Part shown: positions 41,801-55,355 of the stretch, piece after piece
Position numbering within the stretch: the stretch's first letter is position 1
Layout: each line of letters begins with the position of its first letter
Source of the DNA: Anaeramoeba ignava BMAN
Lineage: Eukaryota > Protista > Anaeramoebae
Assembly (NCBI GenBank): GCA_028826165.1
Contig: JAPDFW010000063.1
Coordinates: 1,240,001 to 1,304,000 of the forward strand
Length of the DNA stretch: 64,000 bases
Direction of reading: 5' to 3'
Position numbers and translations under genes: made by a program
Notes under the pieces: model-generated
Database searches by the model: none
Told to the model about the DNA's origin: nothing
Seen by the model: only the letters and a program-made list of their open reading frames with translations

Positions 41801-44800
41801 ATTTTTTTGTGATTCATTCTAAAAAAAAATGAACTAAAAATAAGAATCTTTTTTTTTAAAATGGATTATAATAAATTATACAGGATTTAAAGCTTTTAAA
41901 TCAATAAGACCTGGTTTATAAGCTTCAATAATAGCACAAAAAGCAATTCCATTACTCCAACTTAAATTTTAATTTTAATTTTAATTTTTAATTTATTTTA
42001 ATTATAATTTTAATTTTAATTTTAATTTTAATTTTGATTTTTAATTTCATAAATGAATTTTAATTTTAATTTTAATTTTAATTTTAATTTTAATTTTAAT
42101 TTTAATTTTAATTTTAATTTTAATTTTAATTTTAATTTTAATTTTAATTTTAATTTTAATTTTAATTTTAATTTTAATTTTAATTTTAATTTTAATTTTA
42201 ATTTTGAATTTAATTTTTATTTTGATTTTAATTTGAATTTTAATTTTAATTTTAATTTTAATTTTAATTTTAATTTTATTTTTAATTATAATTTTATAAA
42301 TGAATTTTAATTTTTATTTTAATTTTAATTTTAATTTTAATTTTAATTTTAATTTTAATTTTAATTTTAATTTTAATTTTAATTTTAATTTTAATTTTAA
42401 TTTTAATTTTAATTTAAATTTTAATTTTAATTTTAATTTTTAATTTTAATTTTAATTTTAATTTTTAATTTTTATTTTAAATTTGATTTTAATTTTTATT
42501 TTAATTTTAATTTTTAATTTAATTTTAATTTTATAAATGAATTTTAATTTTACCTTGAAAGATAATTTTCAATTTTAATATCAAATTTGCTTGTTTTTTG
42601 AGATGCCCAGAATAGAAAGAAAGGTTTTGGCTTAATAGGTTGATGAGTATTTATTCGATAAACAGAAAAAAATAAAATGAATTCCCAAGCCATAGAAAGA
42701 ATTAAAATTAAATTTTGGTCAAGAATATCCTCTGGGCATATTCTTAAATTAAGTCCTAAATATTTAGCAAAATTTAATGCAATTGAAATATTCTCATTTC
42801 TAAGAACTCGATTTTTAGGTCTTTTTTGGAAACGAGCAACACTTTATTTAATTTTTAATTTTAATTTTAATTTTAATTTTAATTTTAATTTTAATTTTAA
42901 TTTTAATTTTAATTTTAATTTTAAATTTTAATTTAAAATTTAATTTTAAATTTTAATTTTAAATTTAATTTTAAATTTTAATTTTTAATTTTAATTTAAT
43001 TTTAAATTTTAATTTTAATTTTAAATTTCAATTTTAATTTTAATTTTTAATTTTAATTTTAATTTTAATTTTAATTTTAATTTTAATTTTAAATTTTAAT
43101 TTTAATTTTAATTTTTAATTTTAATTTTAATTTTAATTTTAATTTTAATTTTAATTTTAATTTTAATTTTAATTTTAATTTTAAATGAATTTTAATTTTA
43201 ATTTTAATTTTAATTTTTAATTTTAATTTTAATTTTAATTTTAATTTTAATTTTAATTTTAATTTTAATTTTAATTTTAATTTTAATTTTAATTTTAATT
43301 TTAATTTTTATTTTGATTTTAATTTTAATTTTAATTTTAATTTTAATTTTAATTTTAATTTTAAATTTAATTTTAAATTTAATTTTAATTTTGATTTTAA
43401 TTTTAATTTTGATTTTAATTTTAATTTACATTTTCCCACTCAAAATTTCTAATAATTTAATTAATTTAATTCCTTTAGTAAAATCTTTTGAAATATTTGT
43501 AAAATTAATTCCAAATCTTGATAAATGAAATGCTATCCATCTTTCAAAAACCTAAATAATTTAAATTAACAAATTTTCACTTAAAATTAATTTTTGAAAA
43601 GAAAAGAAGAAAATTTCGTTTTATTTTTTTTTTGTTACTTTTTTTCTTGATTTTTCAAGAACAGTTAATTTTTTTTCAAAATAATGCTCTTGTTTTCTTG
43701 CTTTTTTTAAAGAACGAGGACTTAGTGGTTCATGGAAATTTGTGTTATGTAGATCACTAAATGTTAGGTTTTCCAAAATTAAATTTGATAAGTGATTTTT
43801 TTTTGGCTCTTCTCGTTTTTCATTTTCATTTTCATTTTCATTTTCATTTTCATTTTCATTTTGATTTTGATTTTCATTTTCATTTTCATTTTGATTTTGA
43901 TTTTGATTTTTATTTTGATTTTCATTTTGATTTTTATTTTGATTTTCATTTTCATTTTCATTTTCATTTTGATTTTGATTTTGATTTTGATTTTTATTTT
44001 GATTTTGATTTTGATTTTCATTTTGATTTTGATTTTGATTTTGATTTTGATTTTGATTTTGATTTTGATTTTGATTTTCATTTTGATTTTGATTTTGATT
44101 TTGATTTTGATTTTGATTTTCAGTTTCATTTTCATTTTGATTTTGATTTTGATTTTGATTTTGATTTTGATTTTCATTTTGATTTTCATTTTCATTTTGA
44201 TTTTGATTTTGATTTTGATTTTGATTTTCATTTTGATTTTCATTTTCATTTTCATTTTCATTTCCATTTTGATTTTGATTTTGATTTTCATTTTCATTTT
44301 CATTTCCATTTTGATTTAATTCATTTTGATTTTCATTTTCATTTTCATTTTCATTTTGATTTTTATTTTTTTTCATTTTCATTTTGATTTTCATTTTCAT
44401 TTTGATTTTGATTTTTGATTTTCATTTTCATTTTCATTTTGATTTTGATTTTCATTTTGATTTTCATTTTCATTTTCATTTTCATTTTCATTTTCATTTT
44501 GATTTTGATTTTGATTTTCATTTTGATTTTCATTTTGATTTTCAGTTTCATTTTTATTTTTATTTTCATTTTGATTTTGATTTTGATTTTGATTTTGATT
44601 TAATTCATTTTCATTTTGATTTTGATTTAATTCAGTTTCATTTTGATTTTGATTTTGATTTAATTCATTTTGATTTTGATTTTGATTTAATTCAGTTTCA
44701 TTTTGATTTTGATTTTGATTTAATTCATTTTTATTTTCATTTTGATTTTGATTTAATTCAGTTTCAGTTTCAGTTTCATTTTGATTTTGATTTTGATTTT

Positions 44801-45050
44801 GATTTTCATTTTGATTTAATTCAGTTTCAGTTTCAGTTTTATTTTGATTTTGATTTTGATTTAATTCAGTTTCATTTTGATTTTGATTTTCATTTTGATT
44901 TTGATTTAATTCAGTTTCAGTTTCATTTTCATTTTCATTTTCATTTTCATTTTTATTTTTATTTGTTCCGTTATTTAATTTATTGTTTTTATTATTTTTT
45001 TCATTGGAATTATTCCCTTTCTTATTTTCTTGTTCAGAAATTTGATCCAT
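38879..45050 (-). CDS. Tandem calponin-homology (actinin-type actin-binding) protein with N/Q/E N-terminus and long coiled coil (exons 45050-43639, 43551-43430, 42841-42554, 41960-41882, 41818-41657, 41409-38879; frameshifts at about 44410 and 39577)
   Basis: CH1: KVFERWIAFHL, DFTKGIKLIKLLEILSG, ENISIALNF, EDILDQNLILILSMAW. CH2: LLFWASQKT, SSWSNGIAFCAII, KNLDIAFE..IGVPKFLE..DEKSIFAYLS. Confidence 0.85.
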
Positions 45051-45329
45051 GACTTTAATAAATTGTTTAAATTATTATAAAAAAAAACTTTTTTTTGTTG
45101 TATTTGTTTAATAAAAAAAAAAATAAAAAAATGAAAAATAAAAACAAAAAAAATAAAATTTTTTTTTCTCCTTTTGATCAAAAAGAAGAAGAAATAAATT
45201 AAAAAAAAAAGAATTTTCGCCTTTTTTATTATTTTGTTTTTATTTTAAAAAAGAAAGTTGAACAAATGAAAAAAAACTTCTTTTGATTTTTACTTATCCA
45301 AAATTTGTCTTATTTCCCTTTTTATTTAA

Positions 45330-46332
45330 TTTTAATCTTTATCTTTTTCTTTTGATTTGTCTTTGATTTATCTTTATGTTTGATTTTTGATTTATCTTTA
45401 TCTTTATCTTTATCTTTATCTTTATCTTTTGATTTATGGTTTGATTTATCTTTTGATTTATCTTTTGATTTATGTTTTGATTCATCTTTTGATTTATGTC
45501 TTGATTTATCTTTTGATTTATCTTTTGGTTTATCTTTTGGTTTATCTTTATCTTTATCTTTATCTTTGATTTATCTTTATCTTTTGATTTATGGTTTGAT
45601 TTATCTTTTGATTTATCTTTTGATTTATGTTTTGATTCATCTTTTGATTTATGTCTTGATTCATCTTTTGATTTATCTTTTGATTTATCTTTTGGTTTAT
45701 CTTTATCTTTATCTTTTGATTTATCTTTTGGTTTATCTTTATCTTTATCTTTATCTTTATCTTTATCTTTTGGTTTATCTTTTGATTTATCTTTTGATTT
45801 ATGTCTTGATTCATCTTTTGATTTATCTTTTGATTTATCTTTATCTTTTGATTTATGGTTTGATTTATCTTTATCTTTTGATTTATCTTTTGATTCATCT
45901 TTTGATTTATCTTTATCTTTTGATTTATCTTTTGATTCATGTTTTGATTTATCTTTATTTTTATCTTTATTTTTATCTTTATCTTTATCTTTATCTTTAT
46001 CTTTTGGTTTATCTTTTGGTTTATCTTTTGATTCATCTTTTGATTTATCTTTATCTTTTGATTTATCTTTATCTTTATTTTTTGATTTCTCTTTTGATTT
46101 ATCTTTATCTTTATCTTTATCTTTCTCTTTCTCTTTTGATTTATCTTTCTCTTTCTCTTTTATCTTTCTTTTTATCTTTTTTTTTCTTTATCTTTATTTT
46201 GATTTTCTTTCTCTTTCTCTTTTCTTTCTCTTTTGATTTATCTTTTGATTTATCTTTTATCTTTTTATTTTATCTTTTGATTTTCTTTTGATTTATCTTT
46301 TGATTTATCTTTCTTTTTTTTTTTTTTATCTT
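45330..46332 (-). repeat. (TCAAAAGATAAA)n-type repeat, probably a frameshifted S/K/D-rich C-terminal tail of the VPS9 gene
   Basis: Unit translates SKDK/PKDK/SKDE on the minus strand and continues the KDKNKDK end of ORF 46333-48351. Confidence 0.6.
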
Positions 46333-48351
46333 TTATTTATCTTTCTTTTTATCTTTATTTTTATCTTTATTTTTATCTTTATTTTTATTCTTGGATTTTT
46401 TATCTTGATTTATAATATCTGAAATTCCATTTAAAACAGATGTAAATATATCATTTTCTTGGGAAATTCTTATATTATCAAGAATTAATTCTTCTAAAAC
46501 TTCAATCGGAGCTTGTTTTTTCTTGTGTTTTTGTTTTCTTTCAGATTTTGAATTTTTTTTAGTTGGAATTTTAACTTTGTTTTTATCCAAAAATGTTTGC
46601 ATTTCTTGAATAGAAAATTGTTTTTCTCGAGAATTATCAAAATTATCAATATCAATATCATCAATAAATTGATCTAAATCAAAAATATCCTTTTGTTCAA
46701 TTGGGAAAGTATTAAAATTATTTGGATGAAAAACATCTGATTTCTCTCTTTGATATTTTTGCAAATATTCATCATAATCAACAAAAATCCAATCACATTT
46801 TTCAGTTTCAAGATTTCTTGATGATAAAAAATGATTATCAGTTCCAATTTCAGTGAATTTTGAAACATCTAAACGACAAGTACGAAGATAATATTCATTC
46901 AAACTAATTTCATCTGTGCATTTATCATCAAAATGAAGAAACCAACTAAGAGCATTTGTTAAAGTTGTTAAATTTCCTCCATGATATGTATCATAGTCAA
47001 GAGTAGAAATATTGATAAACTGAACTGTTGTGAAAATATGTCTCACAGGGAAATGAAGCATGAGATATAAAATACGTGGAGTTGTTTCATCCATAGATTC
47101 TCCTTTAATAAGACTTAATGAATTTGTGATTTTTTCCATTTTTTCATTTGGAAAATTAACTGAATTAATTTCAATCATTTTTTCATAAGATTTAAAAAAT
47201 AAATCTTCGTTAAATTTATCCTTTTTCCAGTCTGTTGAGAAAAGAGCTGTTTTCACACCCAAAACAGAAGTAATTTTTTCAATCACTTTTTCCTTCTCAA
47301 TATAAACTTGTTTCATTCGATTAAATAAAGATTCTCCAAGCAACTCAAAGAAATAATGTTCAAAAAGATTTCTGATTCTAATATTGTATTCATTTTGGAA
47401 ATAATCAACAACAGTTGAAATTGCTTTCTTAATTTGTTGAAATTCATGTTCGTTAAGCATTGGAATTTGTTTTTCAATTGTTTTTATCATTCCTTGAATT
47501 TCGGGAATCAAAAAATCATTACTTGTGTTAAAAAAATTTTTGAATTGTTGATAATCTTCCAAAACTTCCATTGGAAATGTTTGTTGATTATGCGAAATCT
47601 GGTTTGATTGATTATCAAATCTTATATTTGATTCAGAAATAATGATTTGTTGTGAATTTGAATTTGAATTTTGAATTTTATTATTATCTAAATTTTCATG
47701 CAAAAAATCCATTGATTTTTTAAGATCCAAACTTGGATCACTTTTTAAAAGATTTTTATCCATAATTTCTTGATTTGGATTTCTCTTTTTATTATATGAA
47801 ATTTCTTGTTCCAAACCAACTTCAAATTTGATAATTTTCTTAATTAGTTTTTGTGATTGAAATTGAATATTTGAATCAATCAAAGCTTTTGAGGTGATTA
47901 TTCCAGTAAAAATATTTCTATCATGTGCAAAATTAAATATATTATATCCAGTTGCATCAGAATTGTTTGTAAAATTGTTTTCATTTTCTAATTGATCAAA
48001 TTGAATTTCCAATCCTTTTGATAATAATTCAAAAACTTCTGGATTTTGCTTATTTATTAAGTAATAATTAATCTTTTTTATAATTTCTTTTGTTTTGGGT
48101 TCAATAATTTGTCCATATTGACCTCTAAGTGTTATAAATTGTTTCGAATTTTTTGGATTGATATAAATAATTTGCATTAATGGATCATGTTTTAATTTTT
48201 TAAAATTAAGTGGAAATAAAATTGTTAATTGAGTTGTTCTTGCTAAATCTTCTATTCTTCTTTCTTTTTTTGTATATTTATAAAGTGAATGCCCTGCAAT
48301 ATAATACTTAAATGCTTCTGGATCCATTCCAGTATCTTTTTTTTTATCCAT
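46333..48351 (-). CDS. VPS9-domain protein (Rab5-family GEF-like)
   Basis: PNEKMEKI..SMDETTPRILYLML..IFTTVQFI..GGNLTTLTNALSWF matches the VPS9 pattern (D..P..Y...TT). Confidence 0.7.
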   Translation of the reverse strand: MDKKKDTGMDPEAFKYYIAGHSLYKYTKKERRIEDLARTTQLTILFPLNFKKLKHDPLMQIIYINPKNSKQFITLRGQYGQIIEPKTKEIIKKINYYLINKQNPEVFELLSKGLEIQFDQLENENNFTNNSDATGYNIFNFAHDRNIFTGIITSKALIDSNIQFQSQKLIKKIIKFEVGLEQEISYNKKRNPNQEIMDKNLLKSDPSLDLKKSMDFLHENLDNNKIQNSNSNSQQIIISESNIRFDNQSNQISHNQQTFPMEVLEDYQQFKNFFNTSNDFLIPEIQGMIKTIEKQIPMLNEHEFQQIKKAISTVVDYFQNEYNIRIRNLFEHYFFELLGESLFNRMKQVYIEKEKVIEKITSVLGVKTALFSTDWKKDKFNEDLFFKSYEKMIEINSVNFPNEKMEKITNSLSLIKGESMDETTPRILYLMLHFPVRHIFTTVQFINISTLDYDTYHGGNLTTLTNALSWFLHFDDKCTDEISLNEYYLRTCRLDVSKFTEIGTDNHFLSSRNLETEKCDWIFVDYDEYLQKYQREKSDVFHPNNFNTFPIEQKDIFDLDQFIDDIDIDNFDNSREKQFSIQEMQTFLDKNKVKIPTKKNSKSERKQKHKKKQAPIEVLEELILDNIRISQENDIFTSVLNGISDIINQDKKSKNKNKDKNKDKNKDKKKDK

Positions 48352-48767
48352 TTTTTAAAAAAAAACAAAATCAAAAAAAATGAAAAAAATGAAAAAAAAA
48401 AAAGGAAAAAAAAAATTGAAAAAGGAAAAAAAAATATTTGCTTTTTTTTTATTCTTTTTTAAAAAAGAAAGTGGAAATATTCCAATTTAATTTCAATTTA
48501 AATTTAATTTTAATTTTAATTTTAATTTCAATTTTAATTTTAATTTTAATTTTAATTTTAATTTTAATTTTAATTTTAATTTTAATTTTAATTTTAATTT
48601 TAATTTTAATTTTGATTTTGATTTTGATTTTAATTTTAATTTTGATTTTAATTTTAATTTTAATTTTAATTTTGATTTTAATTTTAATTTTAATTTTAAT
48701 TTTAATTTTAATTTTAATTTTAATTTTAATTTTATTTTTAATTTTGATTTTAGTTTTGATTTTGGTT

Positions 48768-51436
48768 TTAAATTTGATTTTGATTTTGTAGAAAATGTTG
48801 CATTTTTTCAAACGAAAAACCACCAGAATTTAAATCTCTTTCTGGATTAGAAAAAAAAGAATTAGTATCATTTAAATGCGAATAAAAAGAAGGAATTTGT
48901 TGATTATTTTGTGATTGAAACTGATTATTAAGATTAGGATTATTTTGATTAGATTGATCAAGAAATACATGATTAACTTTTTGAGTTTTAATAGATTGTT
49001 GATTCAAATTATCTTTTGAATCTTTATCAATTTTTTGATTCATATTAATAATATTATTATTATTATTTAAAGGAAATATATTTCTATCATATTGATTAAT
49101 ATTTTTTGCTTGTTTTTTATAAAGAATTCTATCTCCTGATGGCGTTATATAAGCATTTTTTAATTTTTCTTCAAATCCTAATGTTTCAGCTCTATAAACT
49201 TTAAGTGAAATTCCTCCCATCATCATTTGATCAAATTTTAATGCATTGTCAACATCTTTTTCTGTTTCAAATTCAACAAAACAAAAATGTGATTCTTCAT
49301 ATCTTAAAAATCTTATCTATTGTTTTTGAAAGAAGGAAATCAAAAATACATTTTAATTATAATTTTAATTTAATAAATGAATTTTAATTTTATAAATGAA
49401 TTTTAATTTTAATTTTAATTTTAATTTTAATTTCAATTTTAATTTTAATTTTAATTTTAATTTTAATTTTAATTTTAATTTTAATTTTAATTTCAATTTT
49501 AATTTTAATTATAATTTAATTTTAATTTTAATTTTAATTATAATATCAATTTTAATTTAATTTTAATTTTGATTTTAATTTTGATTTTAATTTTAATTTT
49601 TTAAATGAATTTTAATTTAATAAATAAATAAATTTTAATTTTATAAATGAATTTTAATTTTAAAAAGAAAAGCTACTTTTAAATCAAAATTTTCATCATA
49701 AGCAATTTTACAATTTACAAAGAAATTTGTAATTGCTTTCAAGTTACGAATTGTTGAATTAATTCCATCACAAACAACAGAAAGACGAGAATCAAGACCA
49801 AAATATTCAGGAAAAGATTCAGGAAATTGAAGAATAGATGAATCAACATCTTTTGGATGATAATTTTGAGAAATTTGATATTCTGGTCCAATTGGTGAAA
49901 ATTGTGTTTCAATTGTATTACGTTGATTCATTTGTCTTTGTTGTGTTGGTGTATTCGTATATGCTTGTGAAAACATGGGATAATTTGTATAAAATGGAAC
50001 TGGTGAAACATCAAATCTTTGTGGATCTTCTTGCCTTGTTGCTTTTAAAATTTTAATTTTAATTATAAATGAATTTTAATTTTATAAATAAATTTTAATT
50101 TTATTTTTAATTATAAATGAATTTTAATTTAATAGATGAATTTTAATTTAATAAATGAATTTTAATTTTATAGATGAATTTTAATTTAATAAATGAATTT
50201 TAATTTTATATTTAATTATAAATGAATTTTAATTTAATAAATGAATTTTAATTTTATATTTAATAATAAATGAATTTTAATTTAATAAATGAATTTTAAT
50301 TTTATATTTAATTATAAATGAATTTTAATTTTATTTTTAATTATAAATGAATTTTAATTTAATAAATGAATTTTAATTTTATAATTTAATAAATGAATTT
50401 TAATTTAATAGATGAATTTTAATTTTATATTTAATTAATAAATGAATTTTAATTTAATAAATAGAATTTCAATTTTATATTTAATTATAAATGAATTTTA
50501 ATTTTATAAATGAATTTTAATTTTAATTTAATAAATGAATTTTAATTTTATATTTTAATTTTATAAACGAATTTTAATTTTATAAATGAATTTTAATTTA
50601 ATAAATGAATTTTAATTTTATATTTAATTATAAATGAATTTTAATTTTATAAATGAATTTTAATTAATTTTAATAAACGAATTTTAATTTAATAATTTTT
50701 AATTATAAATGAATTTTAATTTTATAAATGAATTTTAATTTAATAAATGAATTTTAATTTTATATTTAATTATAAATGAATTTTAATTTTATAAATGAAT
50801 TTTAATTTAATAAATGAATTTTAATCTTATGGTAAAATACAATCTCTATATAAATAATTAGAAATATCATTATAATTATCATTCATATAATTTTGAGAGT
50901 TCTGATCATATAAAGAATTTTGATCAATTCTCCTTGGTGTAGGAGAAACAGAATAAAAATTATTTTGCGGAAGATTTGAATGATAAGATGATTGATGTTC
51001 ATTTCGATTGAATTCATCTTGATCTTCCATATTTAATGGCATAAAATCTCTGAGACTTGGATTTGTTCGATTTTGATTTGAATTTGAATTTTGATTTGAT
51101 TGATTTTGTAAATAATAATTTTCAAGCTTATTTTGATGATACTGAGACGTATAATCTTCATTAAGTGGTTGTTCTTGTTGTGGATAATAACCGTTAATCT
51201 GAGAAAAAATTTGTTGGTTTTGAAAATTTTGTTGGTCTAAACTTGCTGTCAATTTAGTTTAAATTTATCGATAATTAAAGTATTTTTCAAAATTAATATC
51301 ATTTCAAATTGTTTGTTGTTTTTTTTATAGAATTCATTTTTATTAGGCAAAAATGCCTTTAGGGACTTGGATTACTTTGTTGTGGTGAAGTTAACGAATA
51401 AGTATTTTCAAAGTTATTTCTTTGATGCGAATCCAT
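48768..51436 (-). CDS. RRM-containing RNA-binding protein (exons 51436-51376, 51245-50841, 50041-49677, 49316-48768)
   Basis: Phase-consistent GT-AG introns. Spliced SVVCDGI...HFCFVEFETEKDVDNALKFDQMMMGGISLKVYRA contains RNP1 and the C-terminal RRM strand. Confidence 0.75.
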
Positions 51437-51974
51437 AATTGGATTTCTTTGTTTTTTTTCAAGTTAAAAAATATTATTATAAACACAAATTGTTTTTCCG
51501 TTTGTTTTTTTGTTTGTTTTTAATTGTACCTTGATATGTTAAAATTGTATGTGAAATTGGGTGTAAATTGCCTTTTGGTTTAATTTTGATTTTAAAATTG
51601 GGTGTGAAATTGGGTGTAAAGTGCCTTTTGGTTTTATTATTTTGCATTATTTTAAAATTTATTTCGTTGTAAATTTTGTTACTTAAAGTGTTTTTTTCTT
51701 CTTCTTCTTGTTTGTTTCTTTTGTTTTGTAAATTTTTATCTTTGTTTTGTTTTGTTTTGTTTTGTAATTTTTTTGAAAAGTGAAAAAAAATGAAAAATGA
51801 ATTTTATTTTTAAAAAGTTTTTTGTTTTAAAATGGGAAAAAGTTTTCAATATTTTGATATTGATTTGTTTTGGAAATTTTGAATTTTTGTTTGATTAACT
51901 TGATCAATAGGAAAATTATTGATTATTTTAATTATAATATTTTTTTTTTTGAATTTTTTTGATTATTTTGAATA

Positions 51975-54900
51975 TTAATATTTTTCAATAATAATATTTT
52001 GATTATTATTATTTTGAATATTATTATTATAATTATTTTGATTATTTTGAATATTTTGATTATTTTCAATATTTTGAATATTATTATTATTTTGATTATT
52101 TTCATTATTTTGAATATTTTGAATATTTTGATTATTTTGATTATTTTGAATATTATTATTATTTTGATTATTTTGAATATTTTTATTATTTTGATTATTT
52201 TGAATATTTTGATTATTTTGAATATTTTGATTATTTTGAATATTTTGATTATTTTTATTATTTTGGATATTTTCAATATTTTCAATATTTTGATTATTAA
52301 TATTTTGAATATTTTGGATATTTTTATTATTTTGAATATTTTGAATATTTTGGATATTATTAATATTTTTAATATTTTGATTATTTTGATTATTTTGAAT
52401 ATTTTGAATATTTTGGATATTTTCATTATTTTCAATATTATGATTATTTTGGATATTTTGATTATTTTGAATATTTTGAATATTTTGAATATTTTGATTA
52501 TTTTGATTATTTTGATTATTTTGATTATTTTGAATATTTTGAATATTTTTATTATTTTCAATATTTTTAATATTTTTAATATTTTGATTATTTTGAATAT
52601 TTTGAATATTTTTATTATTTTGATTATTTTGAATATTTTGATTATTTTGGATATTATTAATATTTTGATTATTTTGGATATTAATATTTTGAATATTTTG
52701 GATATTTTCATTATTAATATTTTCAATAATATTATTTTCATTATTTTCATTATTTTCAATATTTTGAATATTATTTTGTAATTTGTTTTCCAATATTTTT
52801 TCAATTTCTTCTAAAACAATTTTTGATAAAATTTTGGAAATTTCTTCTGTTTCAATTTCTTCCTTAAATTTTGAAATTTGCTTTTCCTTCATTTCCAATT
52901 TTTTGGATTTTGTTTTTTGATTATAATAAAAAATAAATTTAGAAATAAATCTAGAAATAGATTTTAATTATTAATTTACTTTTCTTTCTTTTTCTTCTTG
53001 TTCTTTTTTTTTCTTTTTTTCGAAATAAATAATATTAACAATTTGTTCAGTTTCTTTTTGAATGACATTTTTCATAATCTTTTTAGCAATTTCAAAAGTT
53101 AAATAATCTTTGATCTGTCTTATCAAAAAATTAGGGAAACTTTTTTCTTTTTTCTTTCTTTTTTTTTGTTCTTTTTCATTTTGAAAATCTTATATTTTAG
53201 AAGAAAAAAAAGAGTTTTTGATAGTATTAAATAATTGGAATTATTTTAGAATTTCCCAAATTTTGATCAAATATTTTTCTTATTTAGTTTTTACAAATTA
53301 ATTCATGTTCAAATTTAAATTTAAATTCTTTAGTTGGAAAAATTCTTTGTTCGAAAATTAAATTTTGAAAATAATCAATTTCTAAATCAGAAATATCACA
53401 AAATCTTTGAGATTTTGGTAATATATAATTATTGCTTGTTTCTTGATTTTGATCTTGATCTTGATCATCAATCTAAATTAATTTTTGATTTTTTGATTTT
53501 TTGATTTTTTGATTTTTTGATTTTTTGATTTTTTGATTTTTTGATTTTTTGATTTTTTTGATTTTTTGATTTACTTCTTGATTTGATATAATAGGTGCTT
53601 TACATCCAAAATATGAAGTTGGAGTATTATCATTAAAATTTGAATCTTTTAATATATTTGGATGAATAAAATTATCAAAAGAAAGTTTTGAAATTAAATA
53701 GCTTGATTGATCCTCAAATTGTTCATCTAAAAATTAATATTAAAATCAATATAGAAATTAAAATCAATATAGAAATTAAAATCAATATATAAATTAAAAT
53801 CAATATAGAAATTAAAATCAATATAGAAATTAAAATCAATATAGAAATTAAAATCAATATAGAAATTTGTTTATACATTTTAAAAATGATCTTAAAACAT
53901 GCCTAATTTCATGTTTATAATTATCTTTTAAATGTTTTATTGCCAGATCTACATTTGAAAAGATTTTATCATCAAGAACACATTTAAATTTATCAACTTT
54001 TTTCCCATTAAATTAAATTTAAATCAAAATTAAATCAAAATTAAATCAAAATTAAATCAAAATTAAATCAAAATTAAATCAAATTTAAATTAAAATTAAA
54101 TCAAAATTTAAATCAAAATTAAATCAAAATAAAATTAAAATTAAATCAAAATTAAATTAAAATTAAATTAAAATTAAATCAAATTAAATCAAAATTAAAT
54201 CAAAATTAAATAAAATTAAATCAAAATTAAATTAAAATTAAATCAAAATTAAATTAAAATTAAATCAAAATTAAATTAAAATTAAATCAAAATTAAATTA
54301 AATTTAAATTAAATTTAAATAAAATTAAATCAAAATTAAATCAAAATTAAATAAAATTAAATTAAAATTAAATAAAATTTAAATTAAAAATTAAATTAAA
54401 TTTAAATCAAATTAAATCAAAATTCAAATCAAATTAAATCAAAAATTAAATTAAAATTAAATTAAATTTAAATCAAAATTAAATTAAATTAAATCAAAAT
54501 TAAATCAAATTTAAATCAAAATTAAATTAAAATTAAATCAAAATTAAATCAAAATTAAATAAAAATTAAATTAAAATTAAATCAAAATTAAATCAAAATT
54601 AAATCAAAATTAAATAAAATTTAAATAAAATTTAAATCAAAATTAATTAAAATTAAATCAAAATTAAATTAAATTAAATTTAAATTAAAATTAAATTAAA
54701 TTTAAATCAAATTTAAATAAAATTTAAATAAAATTAAATCAAAATTAAATTAAATTTAAATAAAAATTAAATAAAATTTAAATAAAATTTGAATTTCTTT
54801 TTACAAGAAATTTTAACAATATTTTCCTCTATAAAAGCACTTATAATATCTTTCATTTCTTCTCTTTGAAGAATTAAGTTCTAAAAAAATAAATTGAACA

Positions 54901-55231
54901 CAATATTTAAATTTGTAAAAAATTTTTTTTTTGATTTTGATTTTGATTTTGATTTTGTTTTTGATTTTGATTTTGTTTTTGTTTCAATCAAAATAAAATA
55001 CATTTTGATTTTTTTCAAATTCATCAATTAAATTAAAATTATTTTTCTTTTTTGGTTTAAAAAAGGAAATTTGTTGATTATTTTTTTCTTGATTATTTGA
55101 TAAAAAATAAAAAAAAACGGATTTTTTGGTTCTAAATTTCCAAATCCATAAACTAATGAATTAGATTTTGCTTTTTCCCTTCTTAATTTTTCTAAAAGAT
55201 GGTGACTTTTAAAAGATCGAGGAAATTCCAT
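51975..55231 (-). CDS. Eight-exon gene with an ARS2/SERRATE-like degenerate C2H2 segment and NIQ-repeat tail (exons 55231-55154, 55046-55002, 54880-54805, 53996-53877, 53726-53575, 53472-53295, 53188-52980, about 52880-51975)
   Basis: All intron phases are consistent. AFIEENIVKISFDKFKCVLDDKIFSNVDLAIKHLKDNYKHEI resembles the ARS2 C-terminal zinc-finger region. Confidence 0.6.
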
Positions 55232-55355
55232 TTAAAAAGAAAAATGAAAAAAAAAATGAAAAAAAAAAAATGAAAATTAAAAAAAAATTTTGTTCCACTT
55301 TTTAATTTAATTTTTTAATTTAAATTTTTTCATTTTTTTTTTCATTTTTTTTTTA
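55232..55355. promoter_or_regulatory. Compact bidirectional promoter with mirrored poly(T)-TCA-poly(T) initiator-like motifs
   Basis: 124 bp between divergent ATGs. aaaatgaaaa occurs three times next to the minus-strand ATG and ttttcatttt twice next to the plus-strand ATG. Confidence 0.6.

Noticed and set aside
45380-46291. 303-aa plus-strand LIYLLIYL 'membrane protein'
   Set aside because: Antisense translation of the SKDK repeat
53727-53876. Regular 18-mer array as CRISPR-like
   Set aside because: Head-to-tail tandem repeat without spacers, inside a spliceosomal intron
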